A stretch of DNA of 64,000 nt from Candidatus Omnitrophota bacterium (GCA_015228785.1 JADGCU010000001.1:1846-65845), one strand, 5' to 3'; counted from the stretch's first letter, positions 20,725-30,816 are shown. Translations and numbers: made by a program. Notes: a model not told the origin generated them from the letters alone.

Positions 20725-21367
20725 GCGCATACCTTTCAAGCTGATGATAATCGGAAACAATCGTGTTGGCCTTTTTTAGATATGAAGCGGGAAGAGATGT
20801 TTTCATCGCGATACAGAATATTCCGGCCTTCGTTGCTGATGTTATTCCAAAAGGGGCGTTTTCAATCACAATGGCCTCTTGCGGCGTGATCCGTAACGCT
20901 TTAAGTGCTCGTTGATACGGTTCCGGATGAGGTTTGCCATGAGTAACATCACTGCCGCTTACGATCACATCAAATAAATCACGAAGTTTTGCGGGCAGGA
21001 TTTCATTGATTTCATGACTTGATGTGCCAGTGACCAGTGCGAGTCGAAAGCCCTGGTGATGGATCTTTTTGATAAATGATCGGGACCCAGGAATAAAACG
21101 TGTTTTGGCGGCTTTTTTAAAAGCATTCTCTTTTTTAGCAAGAAGTTCTTTGGCTTCTTTGAGTGATATTTTCTTGCCATATTTGGCAAAAATCTCGAGA
21201 ACACTGTTAAGGCCTTTTTGTCCTTCGCGAGAATAGACCTCGTACTTGGAAACAGGTATCCCCTCAGCATGAAAAATCTCGCGCCAGACCTGATAGTGGT
21301 AAGGCATTGTATTGGTGATCACTCCGTCCATGTCAAAAATGACGGCTTTAATCTTTCTTATCATCAT
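20696..21367 (-). CDS. HAD-superfamily hydrolase (beta-phosphoglucomutase-like subfamily IA)
   Basis: It has the DxDG motif (FDMDGVITNT), TGTS, and K...E(N)A motifs. Confidence 0.8.
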   Translation of the reverse strand: MMIRKIKAVIFDMDGVITNTMPYHYQVWREIFHAEGIPVSKYEVYSREGQKGLNSVLEIFAKYGKKISLKEAKELLAKKENAFKKAAKTRFIPGSRSFIKKIHHQGFRLALVTGTSSHEINEILPAKLRDLFDVIVSGSDVTHGKPHPEPYQRALKALRITPQEAIVIENAPFGITSATKAGIFCIAMKTSLPASYLKKANTIVSDYHQLERYAHGSIGLKKS

Positions 21368-21393
21368 TGATGAAGAACTTTCTTCTATAAATT

Positions 21394-22170
21394 TTATAAG
21401 ACATCTAACGGCAGTGCATCCGTGACCGTAACGTTGATATATGAAGATCGGGTCAGAGAATCATGTTCAGGTCGCCACTGGGCAATAACATTGATTATTT
21501 CTGGCCCCAGAGTCTGATCCGGCGGGATATTAATATCGTAAACATTCTCCAGAGATGGATTGTCATCGGAATATGTCTGTCCGAAGGCAAGGACGATAAC
21601 GCGTTTAGGCGTCACGCCTCCTGTAATGCGGACATCCAAATGAACGACCTCTCCTTGATCAAGGATCGATCCATCCAGGGGCGAGCGGATTTCGACGCCA
21701 TTAACAATATCGGGATTTAGCTTGAGAGGAATCTGGACAGTGGTCCGGATCCCTAAAGGGGAGGCATCAATAATAAAGCGAAGTTGATTGGCCCGGGCTA
21801 CGGGTTTCTCAAAAAACAAGGTTTCCCCGTAGGTCTCTCCCGGATAAATACTCGGGAAACTGTTGGGAAGGATACGTCCCCCCTGCGCCTCTCCTGAGGG
21901 CGGTTCTGTCAGCTGACGATATTCGTTGCTAAACTCATCAACGATTTTGCAGGGAAGGGCTTGATTGACAGACAGTTTCTTTTTCTCATCATTATTAGTA
22001 AATTGATATTGGACGACCAGGTAGGGCTGTTTCTTGTCGCCCTCTACGGATCGCTGGACATTGGTCACTTCAAAGCGAATATTGTCAACATCCACCTGTT
22101 GGGCTAGAACGGGATGAATTAAGACGAGAAAAGACAGTAAGGAGGCAGCAAAGAATACTTTTTGTATCAT
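21394..22170 (-). CDS. hypothetical secreted protein
   Basis: 258-aa ORF with a signal peptide (FFAASLLSFLVLIHPVLAQQ). I recognise no family. Confidence 0.5.
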   Translation of the reverse strand: MIQKVFFAASLLSFLVLIHPVLAQQVDVDNIRFEVTNVQRSVEGDKKQPYLVVQYQFTNNDEKKKLSVNQALPCKIVDEFSNEYRQLTEPPSGEAQGGRILPNSFPSIYPGETYGETLFFEKPVARANQLRFIIDASPLGIRTTVQIPLKLNPDIVNGVEIRSPLDGSILDQGEVVHLDVRITGGVTPKRVIVLAFGQTYSDDNPSLENVYDINIPPDQTLGPEIINVIAQWRPEHDSLTRSSYINVTVTDALPLDVL

Positions 22171-22227
22171 AGGCGCGGATATTTATAATTGACTTCAGTA
22201 TAACACAGTTCATAATGGTGACAATAT

Positions 22228-22902
22228 ATGATTCAGAATTCTTCTCCCCATTCGCGCCAAACACCGTCGGCAACGCTGTCCGAAGTCTTGCCAGGGCGGA
22301 TTCTTCTTCATGTTTGTTGCGCGCCCTGTTCGGGTGTGATCATTGAAACATTGCTTCAAGAAAAGTTTTTACCATCTTTATTCTTTTATAATCCGAATAT
22401 TGTGCCTTTCCAGGAATATGAGCTTCGCAAGCGCTCTGTGATCGCCTTTGCTCAAAGAGTAGGGATTCCTTTTGTTGATGCGGATTATGATCATGAGGCA
22501 TGGCTGGAACGGGTCAAAGGCCTGGAAGATGAACGAGAACGCGGGCAGCGCTGTTCTGTGTGTTTTAACATGCGGCTGGAACGAAGTGCTTTATATGCCT
22601 TTGAAAACAAATTCTCTGTTTTTACAACGACAAACGGGATGAGTCCTAGAAAAGATATGAATCAGGTCAATGATAGTGGACTAAGGGCTGCTTCCCGCTA
22701 TCCTGGGCTTACTTTTTGGGCCAGGAATTGGCGCTTAAATGGGGCTGTCGAAAGGTCTATGGGGATCAGCAAGAAAGAAGGATTTTACAAACAACTTTAC
22801 TGCGGATGTCCCTTTTCGTTAAAGATCGCCAACCAGAATAGGGCCGCGAGAAATCTCCCCCCTATTGAACAGGGGACATCCCCTGAGCCGACGCATTCCT
22901 AG
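22228..22902 (+). CDS. queH: epoxyqueuosine reductase QueH (DUF208 family)
   Basis: LLHVCCAPCSG, CSVCFNMRL and LYCGC cysteine motifs, characteristic of QueH. Confidence 0.8.
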   Translation: MIQNSSPHSRQTPSATLSEVLPGRILLHVCCAPCSGVIIETLLQEKFLPSLFFYNPNIVPFQEYELRKRSVIAFAQRVGIPFVDADYDHEAWLERVKGLEDERERGQRCSVCFNMRLERSALYAFENKFSVFTTTNGMSPRKDMNQVNDSGLRAASRYPGLTFWARNWRLNGAVERSMGISKKEGFYKQLYCGCPFSLKIANQNRAARNLPPIEQGTSPEPTHS

Positions 22903-23432
22903 TTCGCTTCTCTCATGCGAGTTATTTCGTCCTCCATAATATCCTGGTTATTCCGCTGAGACTGATTAAGATTGTTAATCACCGTCTTTTGATTGTTGAT
23001 GAGCTCTGCTTTTCGATCACGTTCAGCCTGTTCTTGGTTGGTCATTTGATTTTGGTTTAAAGAGCTCAGCGCTATATCAAGATTTGTTTGTTTGGTCCGT
23101 TTTGTTCCCTTAACATCAGTTGTTTGAAGACGAATAGGTGCGTTGGGGTAAGCTTTTAGGTATTGTTCTAGATCACGGGCAAGTTCCATGGTCATTCCCG
23201 TCATTTTGAAAGAATAGGCTAATAATGGAAAGGTTGCTTCCATATAAATCTTGGCTTCCGGAACTTTATCGATCTCGCCCCATGCTGCGAAGATCTTTGT
23301 ATAGTCTTCAGTCCTAATAGCTTGCGAATAATTCTCTAGCAGGATCTTGTAGGCGTCCTCATTGTTTTGAGCGAACGAATTTCCCGTAAGAATTCCGCTA
23401 AACATAAGAAGAAACACAAGGAATGATTTCAT
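22899..23432 (-). CDS. hypothetical secreted protein
   Basis: 177-aa ORF with a signal peptide (FLVFLLMFSGILTGNSFAQ), an AGGAG RBS and an N/Q-rich tail. Confidence 0.5.
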   Translation of the reverse strand: MKSFLVFLLMFSGILTGNSFAQNNEDAYKILLENYSQAIRTEDYTKIFAAWGEIDKVPEAKIYMEATFPLLAYSFKMTGMTMELARDLEQYLKAYPNAPIRLQTTDVKGTKRTKQTNLDIALSSLNQNQMTNQEQAERDRKAELINNQKTVINNLNQSQRNNQDIMEDEITRMREAN

Positions 23433-23452
23433 GAGGTCTCCTTTAAAAGAAA

Positions 23453-23475
23453 GACCCCGGTTTTATGCCGGGGTC
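23453..23475 (-). terminator. hairpin terminator between small ORF and downstream gene
   Basis: Stem GACCCCGG / CCGGGGTC, followed on the minus strand by TTTCTTTT and then the RBS of the 22899-23432 gene. Confidence 0.5.
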
Positions 23476-23500
23476 TGTGGAGTCGTATCACTTTCGGTCC

Positions 23501-23590
23501 TTAAATAAGGATATCAATGTTATCCCAGCCAAATATTTCACGCTGAGCTTGAATAACCTTGATCGGTTTGTCTTCTTTCCATTCACCCAT
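23501..23590 (-). CDS. candidate 29-aa small protein (MGEWKEDKPIKVIQAQREIFGWDNIDILI)
   Basis: AAGGAGG lies 4 nt upstream of the ATG and the ORF is bracketed by two hairpins. It is below the ORF-track length cutoff and I recognise no family. Confidence 0.3.
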   Translation of the reverse strand: MGEWKEDKPIKVIQAQREIFGWDNIDILI

Positions 23591-23899
23591 AAGGCCTCCT
23601 TGGTTTGAACATTTATATAAAAGAGCCTCGCCAAGCGGGGCTCTACTGCTAATTGTTGATAATTATAGTCTATTCAGACCATACGCGCCAATCATTTTTT
23701 TAATTATTTTAGGGTTCCCCAGAAAAGACTATTTTTTATGAATTTCTTAAGTTAATACAGAGCAGGCAGTTACAAGATAACCGCTAGGGATTTCTTGTGG
23801 CAACATGTATAGAAAAGTTTTTAAGACTTCTTATCGAACAAATCATCACAATCTCTTTAAAGAACTCCTGGAATTGGACTGACTTTTGGATAAGAGGAT

Positions 23900-26800
23900 T
23901 TATGTCTTTTGAGGATGGTAATTGTTAAGGAAGGCGATAACCTTGGCCTCTTCAATGGGCTTGCTTAATAAATAGCCCTGGAAGTAATCGCAATGGTTGC
24001 TTTTCAGTCGGTTGAGCTGAGAATCTATCTCAACGCCTTCCGCGACAACACTTAGTTTAAGTTTATGTGCCAGAGCAATAATGGATTCAGTCAGGTCGTT
24101 TTCTTCGGTTTCCTGGGAAATATTCTTAATGAAAAGCCGGTCTATTTTAAGTCTAGAGATCGGTAAATGTTGAAGATGGCTTAAGGAAGAATAACCGGTC
24201 CCGAAATCATCCAACGCTATTTTAACCCCCAGCGCTTGGATTTGCTTCAAAATATCGACAGCAGCTTCGAAAGACTCGATGAGGATGCTTTCGGTGACTT
24301 CAATTTCCAGGGATTCTGGAGGAAGTCCGTTATCTTTGAGGGCATTTTTAATCGTATCCAGAATACTCGTCCGTCTTAATTGGGTGACAGAGATATTAAC
24401 AGCGATCGAAAGCCCGGGATACCCTGCTTCTGATAATTTCTTGTTAAATTGACACGCCCGGTAAAGAACCCATTCCCCCATAGGAACGATCAGGCCGGTC
24501 TCCTCTGCGACAGGAATAAATTCATCTGGAAAGACAAGGCCGCCTTCTTTTCTATTCCATCGTAAAAGGGCCTCAAAACCGAGAATCTTTCCATCTTTTA
24601 CGGAAACGATGGGCTGATAAGAGAGAGAAAGTTCGTCTTTAGAGAGCGCCTCCCGAAGTCCTCGCTCTATCTGCATCTTTGTTACAGCCTTTTGGTTCAT
24701 AATACTATTAAAGAAGCAGAAATTGTTTCTTCCCGCATCTTTTGCCGCATACATTGCTGTATCAGCATTTTTAAGAAGTTCTTCAAAAGTATCCCCATCA
24801 TTGGGGGAAACAGCGATCCCGATACTGGCTGTGATAAAAAGATCATTTCCGGAAATGATACGAGGATTGTTAAATTTCTCCCGAATACGTTCAGCTATCT
24901 GCTGGGCAAACTGTCCATCTTCCAGATCAGTTAAGAAAACAATGAATTCATCCCCTCCTAATCGCGCTAGGGTATCTGATTCGCGAATACATTCGGTTAA
25001 TTTGAAGGCAGTATCTTTGAGCAGTTCATCTCCCACAGAATGCCCCAGGGTATCGTTGACGCTCTTAAAAAGGTCCAGGTCTATAAATAAAACAGCGCAC
25101 ATGGTCTCGTTTCGCCGGGCCTTGGCTAATCCTGTATTAGCTTTTTCCAGGAAGAGTGTCCTGTTAGGGAGAGTTGTCAGCATATCGTAGTGCGCCATGG
25201 TGAGAAGCTTGTTTTCCAGGAATTTTCTGTCTGTAACGTCCCGTCCTATGCCAATAAGCCCTTTGATCAAGCCATCAGGACCTCTAAAAGGCAGTTTTGT
25301 GGTCAACAGCCAATGTAAGCCACCTGACGTCCCGTCAATGACTTCTTCCCGGTTGATGACTGGGCGACCGCTTTGAAGAACGGCTTGATCATCTTTAGAG
25401 TATTGTTCCGCCAAATGCGCTGGATAGAAATCCGCATCTGTTTTTCCCAGAATATCCCGTTCATTTTTAACACCCATAAAATCAAGATCAGCCCGGTTGG
25501 CCAGAATTTTTCTGCCGCCAATATCTTTCACGTAGATACTATCAGGAATATTATCAATAAGGATACGCAGGAGTTCTCTTTCCTGGGCCAGGTTTTGTTC
25601 AGCAAGTTTACGTTGTGTGATATCCAATGAAATATTTGCCAGATATAAAGGTTGTTGTGTTTCAGGGTCAACGAGGGTAAAAAGGAGCGTATGCACATCT
25701 GTTAGGGAGCCCGTCTTTAAATGGCGACATTGGGAATCCCCCTCCCAGCGACTGTCCCTGATCAGAGTTGGAAGAATTTCATTTTTGAACTTAGTTGTCA
25801 GGTGTTCGGGAATAACGTCAAAGATTGTTTTTTGATCCATTTCTTCAGGCTCAATTCCTAGCATTTGGCTTCCCGCGTCATTTAAGAAGACTATGCCGCC
25901 CTCCAGTGTTGCAAGATAGATCATTTCAGTGCTACAGTGAATAACGGAAACAAGTTTTTGGAGTTCTTCTTGTGCCAGGCGTTGTTCACTGATATCAACA
26001 CAGGCACCAGACATTTTCTCAACAATCCCCTCTTTATTACGTTGGGCAAGGCCTATATCATGCCACCACGCATAGGTACCATCTGATTTTTTCATTCTGT
26101 AAACAGTGTCATAAGGACCATTATCTTTCAAATGTTGTTCAAAAAGGTGTTTGACGCGTATTAGATCATCAGCATGTATTCGTTTTTCCCAATCAGAAAC
26201 AGTGTGTAAGCTTTCTTCAGGCGTCAGTCCTAGCATGGAATTGACAAAATTGGACCAGGTCATTTTTCCATCGATCAAGGAGCGTTCCCAAAGAGCAACT
26301 CTGCCGGCTTCTGATGCGCGTTCCAGTCTCTTTTTGCTTTCTTGAATAATATTATCTGAAGCTTTACGATCAGTAATGTCTCTGCCAAATCCAGTAGTTC
26401 CTAGGATGTTTCCATTTCCATCAAGTATCGGGGTTTTGTAGGTTTCAAACCATTTGATGGATCCATGATCTAAAACAGGTTCTTCTACAAATTTCTTCCT
26501 TCGCGTTGCTATGACATCCAGATCATCTGCGACATAGCGTTCCGCGAGTTCTTTAGGCCAAATATCAAAATCAGTCAGGCCATTTAAGGCTGAAGCGTTG
26601 GGCTTATTACAGGAGCGGGCGAAAGTCTCGTTAACCGCAAGAAAACGACCCTGGGGATCTTTAAGCCATGCAATATGTGGAAAATTATCAAAGATTGCGG
26701 ATAGATAGGCTTCTCTGGTTTTTAAGGCTTCTTCTGCTTTCCTTGCTTCTGATATATCTGAAAAAACGGTAGCAAACGTACCAGGAGAAAAAGAAATAAT

Positions 26801-28618
26801 GGAAACGAGGAAATGCTTTTTCATGGGCTCAAAGTAAACGGTAAGAGATGATGGTTGCCCGGTTTCCAAAGGTCGAATGAATTCATTTAAATAAGGGGGT
26901 TGTGTGGTCCCGTAGACATCTGTAGCAAGTTTTCCAATAACCCGTTCACGAGGCAGTCCCAGGATTTCTTCATAACGTGGATTTACATCAGTGATCATGT
27001 AATTAACAGCAAGCCCATTTCTTCCGTAGATCACCCTGTGCATGGCCACGCCTTCTTGCATATTAGCAAAGAAAGAACGGAACTTTTTTTCACTGTCTTC
27101 CAGCGCGCGCGCCGTCATTCTGGTTTCGGTTACATCACGAAAGATTAAAATAACACCAATGATCCTTTGTTGATCATCCTTGATCGGGGCGCTCTTATTT
27201 TCGATAGGGAACTCTTTTCCGTCGCGGGATATAAGAAGGGTATGATTGGTCAGGGCAAGAATATTTCCATCGAGAAGTACTTTTTCAACGGGATCCATTA
27301 AGGGCATACGCGTTGATTCATTAAGCACGCAAAAGATCTCCTTGAGGGGGCGTCCTGTAGCCTCTTGGGCGCTCCACCCGGTAAGTTGTTCTGCGATTGT
27401 GTTCATGCGCGTGATGTGCCCGGAAACATTTGTTGTGATCAAGGCCTCCCCTATAGATTGCAGGGTGGTCATTAAATGATATTCTTTCGCTTCCGATTCA
27501 TGGGTCCGCTCCTCGGCAAAACGTTCCGCTACCTTCTGTTGAAGAAAGGCTCGTCTAATGTAGAGGGCAGACAAGAAGCTGAGAAGAATACCTAATGGGA
27601 GAAAGATCCAGTAGACAGGAAAAAAGAATGAAACGAAGAACGGGGTCGATGCTTCAACGGCAATTGAGAATTTTCGATCTAGAATAGGAATCTCGCGCAT
27701 ATAAACAGATGATTGCGGGTATAAGAAGTCAAAGGTTTTTGAAGATGGATGCTCGAGAGAACGTATCTGAAAAAGAAGGGATTCTGGAGAAGCGGAAACA
27801 TCATAGATTTTTATTGTTAACCCTGGAGCCAGAGGATATTTCAGGGCAGCTTTCGCAATCCCTGATGGTGAGAGGATCATCGCAGCATAACCTGCGATCG
27901 TCTCGGCAGGAAGGGGATCCAGTTCATGTTTTTCTGCCAAGACAGCTGCAATTAAGAGATAAGACCCTTCTTCATCTTTAGCAAAAGCCCATGGTGAAGG
28001 AAAGAAAAGTGTTTGGCCTGCTTTTTGGGACGCAGCGTCAAAGATCTTTTGCATTGATTGGCTGGCGCCAAGATCAAGGCCCAGAGAAGACGCGTTTTTC
28101 TCTTCCAAAGGCGCGATTAACGTGATCGGGTAATAAACGCTCCTTTGCTGTGAGACAGGCGATCGCCCATCAGGTGTCATATCATGAATAACGAAAGAAC
28201 CATGCTCTGTATCCCAGCGATCCTCAAAGGAGTCCTTTTCTAAGGAGCTGACTTTAGACACCCAGAAAGTTTCTAAAATGGTATCGGATTTGCCGAGAAA
28301 TGGTTGAATAAAATCATTAAACTCCTTTCGGTTGACAAATTCGGTCCCCCCGAAAAATCGTCGAAGGCTGTCAAAGTCAGCCGCGGCTCCTTTTAGTTGT
28401 TCGGAAATAATATCGCAGCGGAGATTTGCGCTTCTCTCAAAATAATGTTTTGCGAAGCTAAGGGCATTCTTTTGTGTTTCAAGAAAGAAAGATATGGTAA
28501 AAGACGTTCCAAAAAAGAAAATAATAGAAGGAAGAAAAAGTGAAGGAAGAAAAAAGCGTGAAAAGCCCTTATTTTCTTTGCCGCAAACAAGATTGGAAAT
28601 GTTTTTTAAGGCAGTCAT
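23900..28618 (-). CDS. membrane sensor: CHASE domain, six PAS domains, GGDEF diguanylate cyclase and EAL phosphodiesterase
   Basis: Two TM segments flank a CHASE-like periplasmic domain. Repeated PAS/PAC units follow, then the GGDEF motif (RLGGDEFIVFL) and EAL motifs (EALLRW, DDFGTGYSSL). Confidence 0.9.
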   Translation of the reverse strand: MTALKNISNLVCGKENKGFSRFFLPSLFLPSIIFFFGTSFTISFFLETQKNALSFAKHYFERSANLRCDIISEQLKGAAADFDSLRRFFGGTEFVNRKEFNDFIQPFLGKSDTILETFWVSKVSSLEKDSFEDRWDTEHGSFVIHDMTPDGRSPVSQQRSVYYPITLIAPLEEKNASSLGLDLGASQSMQKIFDAASQKAGQTLFFPSPWAFAKDEEGSYLLIAAVLAEKHELDPLPAETIAGYAAMILSPSGIAKAALKYPLAPGLTIKIYDVSASPESLLFQIRSLEHPSSKTFDFLYPQSSVYMREIPILDRKFSIAVEASTPFFVSFFFPVYWIFLPLGILLSFLSALYIRRAFLQQKVAERFAEERTHESEAKEYHLMTTLQSIGEALITTNVSGHITRMNTIAEQLTGWSAQEATGRPLKEIFCVLNESTRMPLMDPVEKVLLDGNILALTNHTLLISRDGKEFPIENKSAPIKDDQQRIIGVILIFRDVTETRMTARALEDSEKKFRSFFANMQEGVAMHRVIYGRNGLAVNYMITDVNPRYEEILGLPRERVIGKLATDVYGTTQPPYLNEFIRPLETGQPSSLTVYFEPMKKHFLVSIISFSPGTFATVFSDISEARKAEEALKTREAYLSAIFDNFPHIAWLKDPQGRFLAVNETFARSCNKPNASALNGLTDFDIWPKELAERYVADDLDVIATRRKKFVEEPVLDHGSIKWFETYKTPILDGNGNILGTTGFGRDITDRKASDNIIQESKKRLERASEAGRVALWERSLIDGKMTWSNFVNSMLGLTPEESLHTVSDWEKRIHADDLIRVKHLFEQHLKDNGPYDTVYRMKKSDGTYAWWHDIGLAQRNKEGIVEKMSGACVDISEQRLAQEELQKLVSVIHCSTEMIYLATLEGGIVFLNDAGSQMLGIEPEEMDQKTIFDVIPEHLTTKFKNEILPTLIRDSRWEGDSQCRHLKTGSLTDVHTLLFTLVDPETQQPLYLANISLDITQRKLAEQNLAQERELLRILIDNIPDSIYVKDIGGRKILANRADLDFMGVKNERDILGKTDADFYPAHLAEQYSKDDQAVLQSGRPVINREEVIDGTSGGLHWLLTTKLPFRGPDGLIKGLIGIGRDVTDRKFLENKLLTMAHYDMLTTLPNRTLFLEKANTGLAKARRNETMCAVLFIDLDLFKSVNDTLGHSVGDELLKDTAFKLTECIRESDTLARLGGDEFIVFLTDLEDGQFAQQIAERIREKFNNPRIISGNDLFITASIGIAVSPNDGDTFEELLKNADTAMYAAKDAGRNNFCFFNSIMNQKAVTKMQIERGLREALSKDELSLSYQPIVSVKDGKILGFEALLRWNRKEGGLVFPDEFIPVAEETGLIVPMGEWVLYRACQFNKKLSEAGYPGLSIAVNISVTQLRRTSILDTIKNALKDNGLPPESLEIEVTESILIESFEAAVDILKQIQALGVKIALDDFGTGYSSLSHLQHLPISRLKIDRLFIKNISQETEENDLTESIIALAHKLKLSVVAEGVEIDSQLNRLKSNHCDYFQGYLLSKPIEEAKVIAFLNNYHPQKT

Positions 28619-28682
28619 TATGAATAAAAGAGTATCATAATAAATATAGTTAGTCGAGAAAATCTCTCGGGCAAATTAAATA

Positions 28683-29441
28683 TTATTTTAGACAGGAAAG
28701 GTCTGAAAGAAGGTGCTTCAGTGTGACATGCGCAAGGGTTAGTCCAAAGATTCCTGTCAACGTTGAAAGGCTTCCCAGTTTTCGACGGAGACGTCCTCGA
28801 TCCAGCTCCCCTTCTTCCCTCTGGGTGGCAGCCGCAGACAGGGCATAAGTATCTTGTTGCTGGATTGAGTAGACACAATGAATGCCCCGGCCCACACCCC
28901 GATCTTTGAGCATCTTTCTGAGTCGCTTGGCTAAAGGGCAAACTGTTGTGTCCATTAAGTCTCCTGTGCGTAACGCCAGCGGATCTGTGCGTGTAGCAGC
29001 CCCCATGGAAGATATGACCGTAGCTCCGGATCGCCAGCAGGTCTCAAGGACCTGTGCTTTAGGATTGAGTGAATCAACGGCATCTACAATAATATTTTGG
29101 GTCCCCTGAAGAATCTCTGGCATGGTTTTTATGTCTGCGAACATGGTCATGACTTCAGCGCTAGACTGGGGATTAATATCCAAAATACGGCGACGAGCCA
29201 TTTCGGCCTTTGGGATGCCTAGCGTCGAATGAAAGGCCCAGATGTGACGGTTGATATTGGATGGACGGATCACATCAAAGTCAACACAACGAAAGTGCCC
29301 AACGCCCGCTCGTGCCAGGGCCTCTGCGCAATAGCTTCCAACGGCGCCCAGGCCAATGATTGTCACGGATGCATTGTGAAGTCTTTGGAGCCCTTCTTTA
29401 CCGATCAGAAGTTCCGTGCGTGAAAATTGTTCCATTGTCAT
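28683..29441 (-). CDS. tcdA: tRNA threonylcarbamoyladenosine dehydratase (ThiF/E1-like)
   Basis: RTELLIGKEGLQRL, GLGAVGSY and DFDVIRPSNINRH. Start is uncertain (29441 or 29435). Confidence 0.85.
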   Translation of the reverse strand: MTMEQFSRTELLIGKEGLQRLHNASVTIIGLGAVGSYCAEALARAGVGHFRCVDFDVIRPSNINRHIWAFHSTLGIPKAEMARRRILDINPQSSAEVMTMFADIKTMPEILQGTQNIIVDAVDSLNPKAQVLETCWRSGATVISSMGAATRTDPLALRTGDLMDTTVCPLAKRLRKMLKDRGVGRGIHCVYSIQQQDTYALSAAATQREEGELDRGRLRRKLGSLSTLTGIFGLTLAHVTLKHLLSDLSCLK

Positions 29442-30171
29442 AAACACCTTTGATGAACGTATCCGTATCACAATCACGCCAAGAGGCGGCGATCTCGTAT
29501 CCTTTGTGTACTGTTTTTATATATTCTTGAGGGGTCGTCCATTTGACTTGGTAAGGGAAGTCTGTTTCTAAAAGAATACGGTTAGACGGCAGTATTTTAA
29601 AAACACTTTTGAAAGGATTTTCGTCGCGGATAAATTCTTTTATGGAAACAGAAAAAAAGCCGCCCATGAGTTGAATTTCTTGAGCAATTTCATGAGAACC
29701 ATTAAAAGAATGCGTCAGAAAACGAAGATCAGGCGCATGTGATTTGATGAGAGAGATCGTCTCCTCCCACGCCCGGACACAGTGGACGGTAAAAGGTTTT
29801 TTAAACTTCTTAGCGAGAAGAAGCTGTCGGGTGAAGATGTCTTTCTGGAGGCTAAAATCAATATTCTTGCGTGCTTTATCCGGGCCCATTTCTCCGGCAA
29901 AGGCCCCAGGAATGCTTAAATATGCCTCAAGCTGTTGAAAAGATTTTTCATCAGCAAGGTCAGAGAACCAGGGATGAATCCCAAAGAAAGGAACAAGGGC
30001 GGCGTCTTTCTCGGCCATGGCTTTAATGATCGGCCAGTCAGCTGGTGTGATCGCGCAATTAAAGAATCTTCCCCATCCAGATGTTTTGGCGTCCTGGATA
30101 AATCGCGTGATTGATTCCAGCGATTTAATGTCTTGGATATGAATATGGGAATCCTGAAAAAGGCACTCCAT
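29398..30171 (-). CDS. TatD-family metal-dependent hydrolase
   Basis: The HIHI metal motif is at the N-terminus and ETDFPY is near the C-terminus; length is about 257 aa. Confidence 0.8.
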   Translation of the reverse strand: MECLFQDSHIHIQDIKSLESITRFIQDAKTSGWGRFFNCAITPADWPIIKAMAEKDAALVPFFGIHPWFSDLADEKSFQQLEAYLSIPGAFAGEMGPDKARKNIDFSLQKDIFTRQLLLAKKFKKPFTVHCVRAWEETISLIKSHAPDLRFLTHSFNGSHEIAQEIQLMGGFFSVSIKEFIRDENPFKSVFKILPSNRILLETDFPYQVKWTTPQEYIKTVHKGYEIAASWRDCDTDTFIKGVYDNGTIFTHGTSDR

Positions 30172-30175
30172 GCGG

Positions 30176-30358
30176 TCACATTCGTCCGAAATGGGGACGT
30201 CTCATTTTAAAGTCTTTTACTCGATCCCCTGAGAATAGATCCTGTATCACCAGAACAAGAAACCAGATAAGAAAACAGAGTAGTGCCGCCGCAATGATCC
30301 CGATCAACCAATCGGGAGGTGAAAAGAAGAATTTTTGTCCGCAACATTTTCTAAACAT
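30176..30358 (-). CDS. hypothetical small membrane protein
   Basis: 60-aa ORF with one clear TM helix (LIGIIAAALLCFLIWFLVLVI), lying between co-directional genes. Confidence 0.3.
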   Translation of the reverse strand: MFRKCCGQKFFFSPPDWLIGIIAAALLCFLIWFLVLVIQDLFSGDRVKDFKMRRPHFGRM

Positions 30359-30388
30359 AATATTTTTTTGTGATAAAAGACATATTAA

Positions 30389-30793
30389 TTAGGATGTTGG
30401 TGACGGTATTTGTTTAACAAATAAAGACAGGGAAACGATCAATTGCCCATCGATGGAAAGTTCAAGCGATGCCTCCCCTGGTCGCTCTAATTTCAGAGAT
30501 TGAATATTCAGGATAAGATTTGTGGAGACGCTTCTTTGCCCTTCGGGCATCGTAATTTGCAAAGGCCCCCCAGCTGTAGGCAGAATGTTTTTCCCGTCCT
30601 CATCCATAAAACGCACATCCAGGCGGTGTGAGCCTGCCTCTAAAGAAGAAAAACGTATTCTGATCGCAACGGTACAATGAGGATAAACAGCGGGGAATTG
30701 TTTGACCCAGATGGTGTCAAAGGCTCCCAGAAGATTCAGTTTCCCGTTTTCGCTCGTTGCCGCATCACACAGAGAAAAGATTTCTACAACCAT
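30389..30793 (-). CDS. hypothetical protein
   Basis: 134-aa ORF, probably beta-rich. I cannot name a family with confidence. Confidence 0.5.
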   Translation of the reverse strand: MVVEIFSLCDAATSENGKLNLLGAFDTIWVKQFPAVYPHCTVAIRIRFSSLEAGSHRLDVRFMDEDGKNILPTAGGPLQITMPEGQRSVSTNLILNIQSLKLERPGEASLELSIDGQLIVSLSLFVKQIPSPTS

Positions 30794-30816
30794 ACGATTC
30801 CTTCAAATTCATTTAA

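Noticed and set aside
23559-23741. A 60-aa plus-strand ORF in the 23.4-23.9 kb intergenic region.
   Set aside because: It starts at TTG rather than ATG, has no RBS, and overlaps the better-supported minus-strand small ORF and its hairpins. Its composition looks non-coding.
28618-28941. A 107-aa minus-strand ORF between the sensor gene and tcdA.
   Set aside because: It overlaps the 3' end of tcdA in another frame and is Cys/Pro/Arg-rich. It has no RBS or recognisable motif and is most likely spurious.
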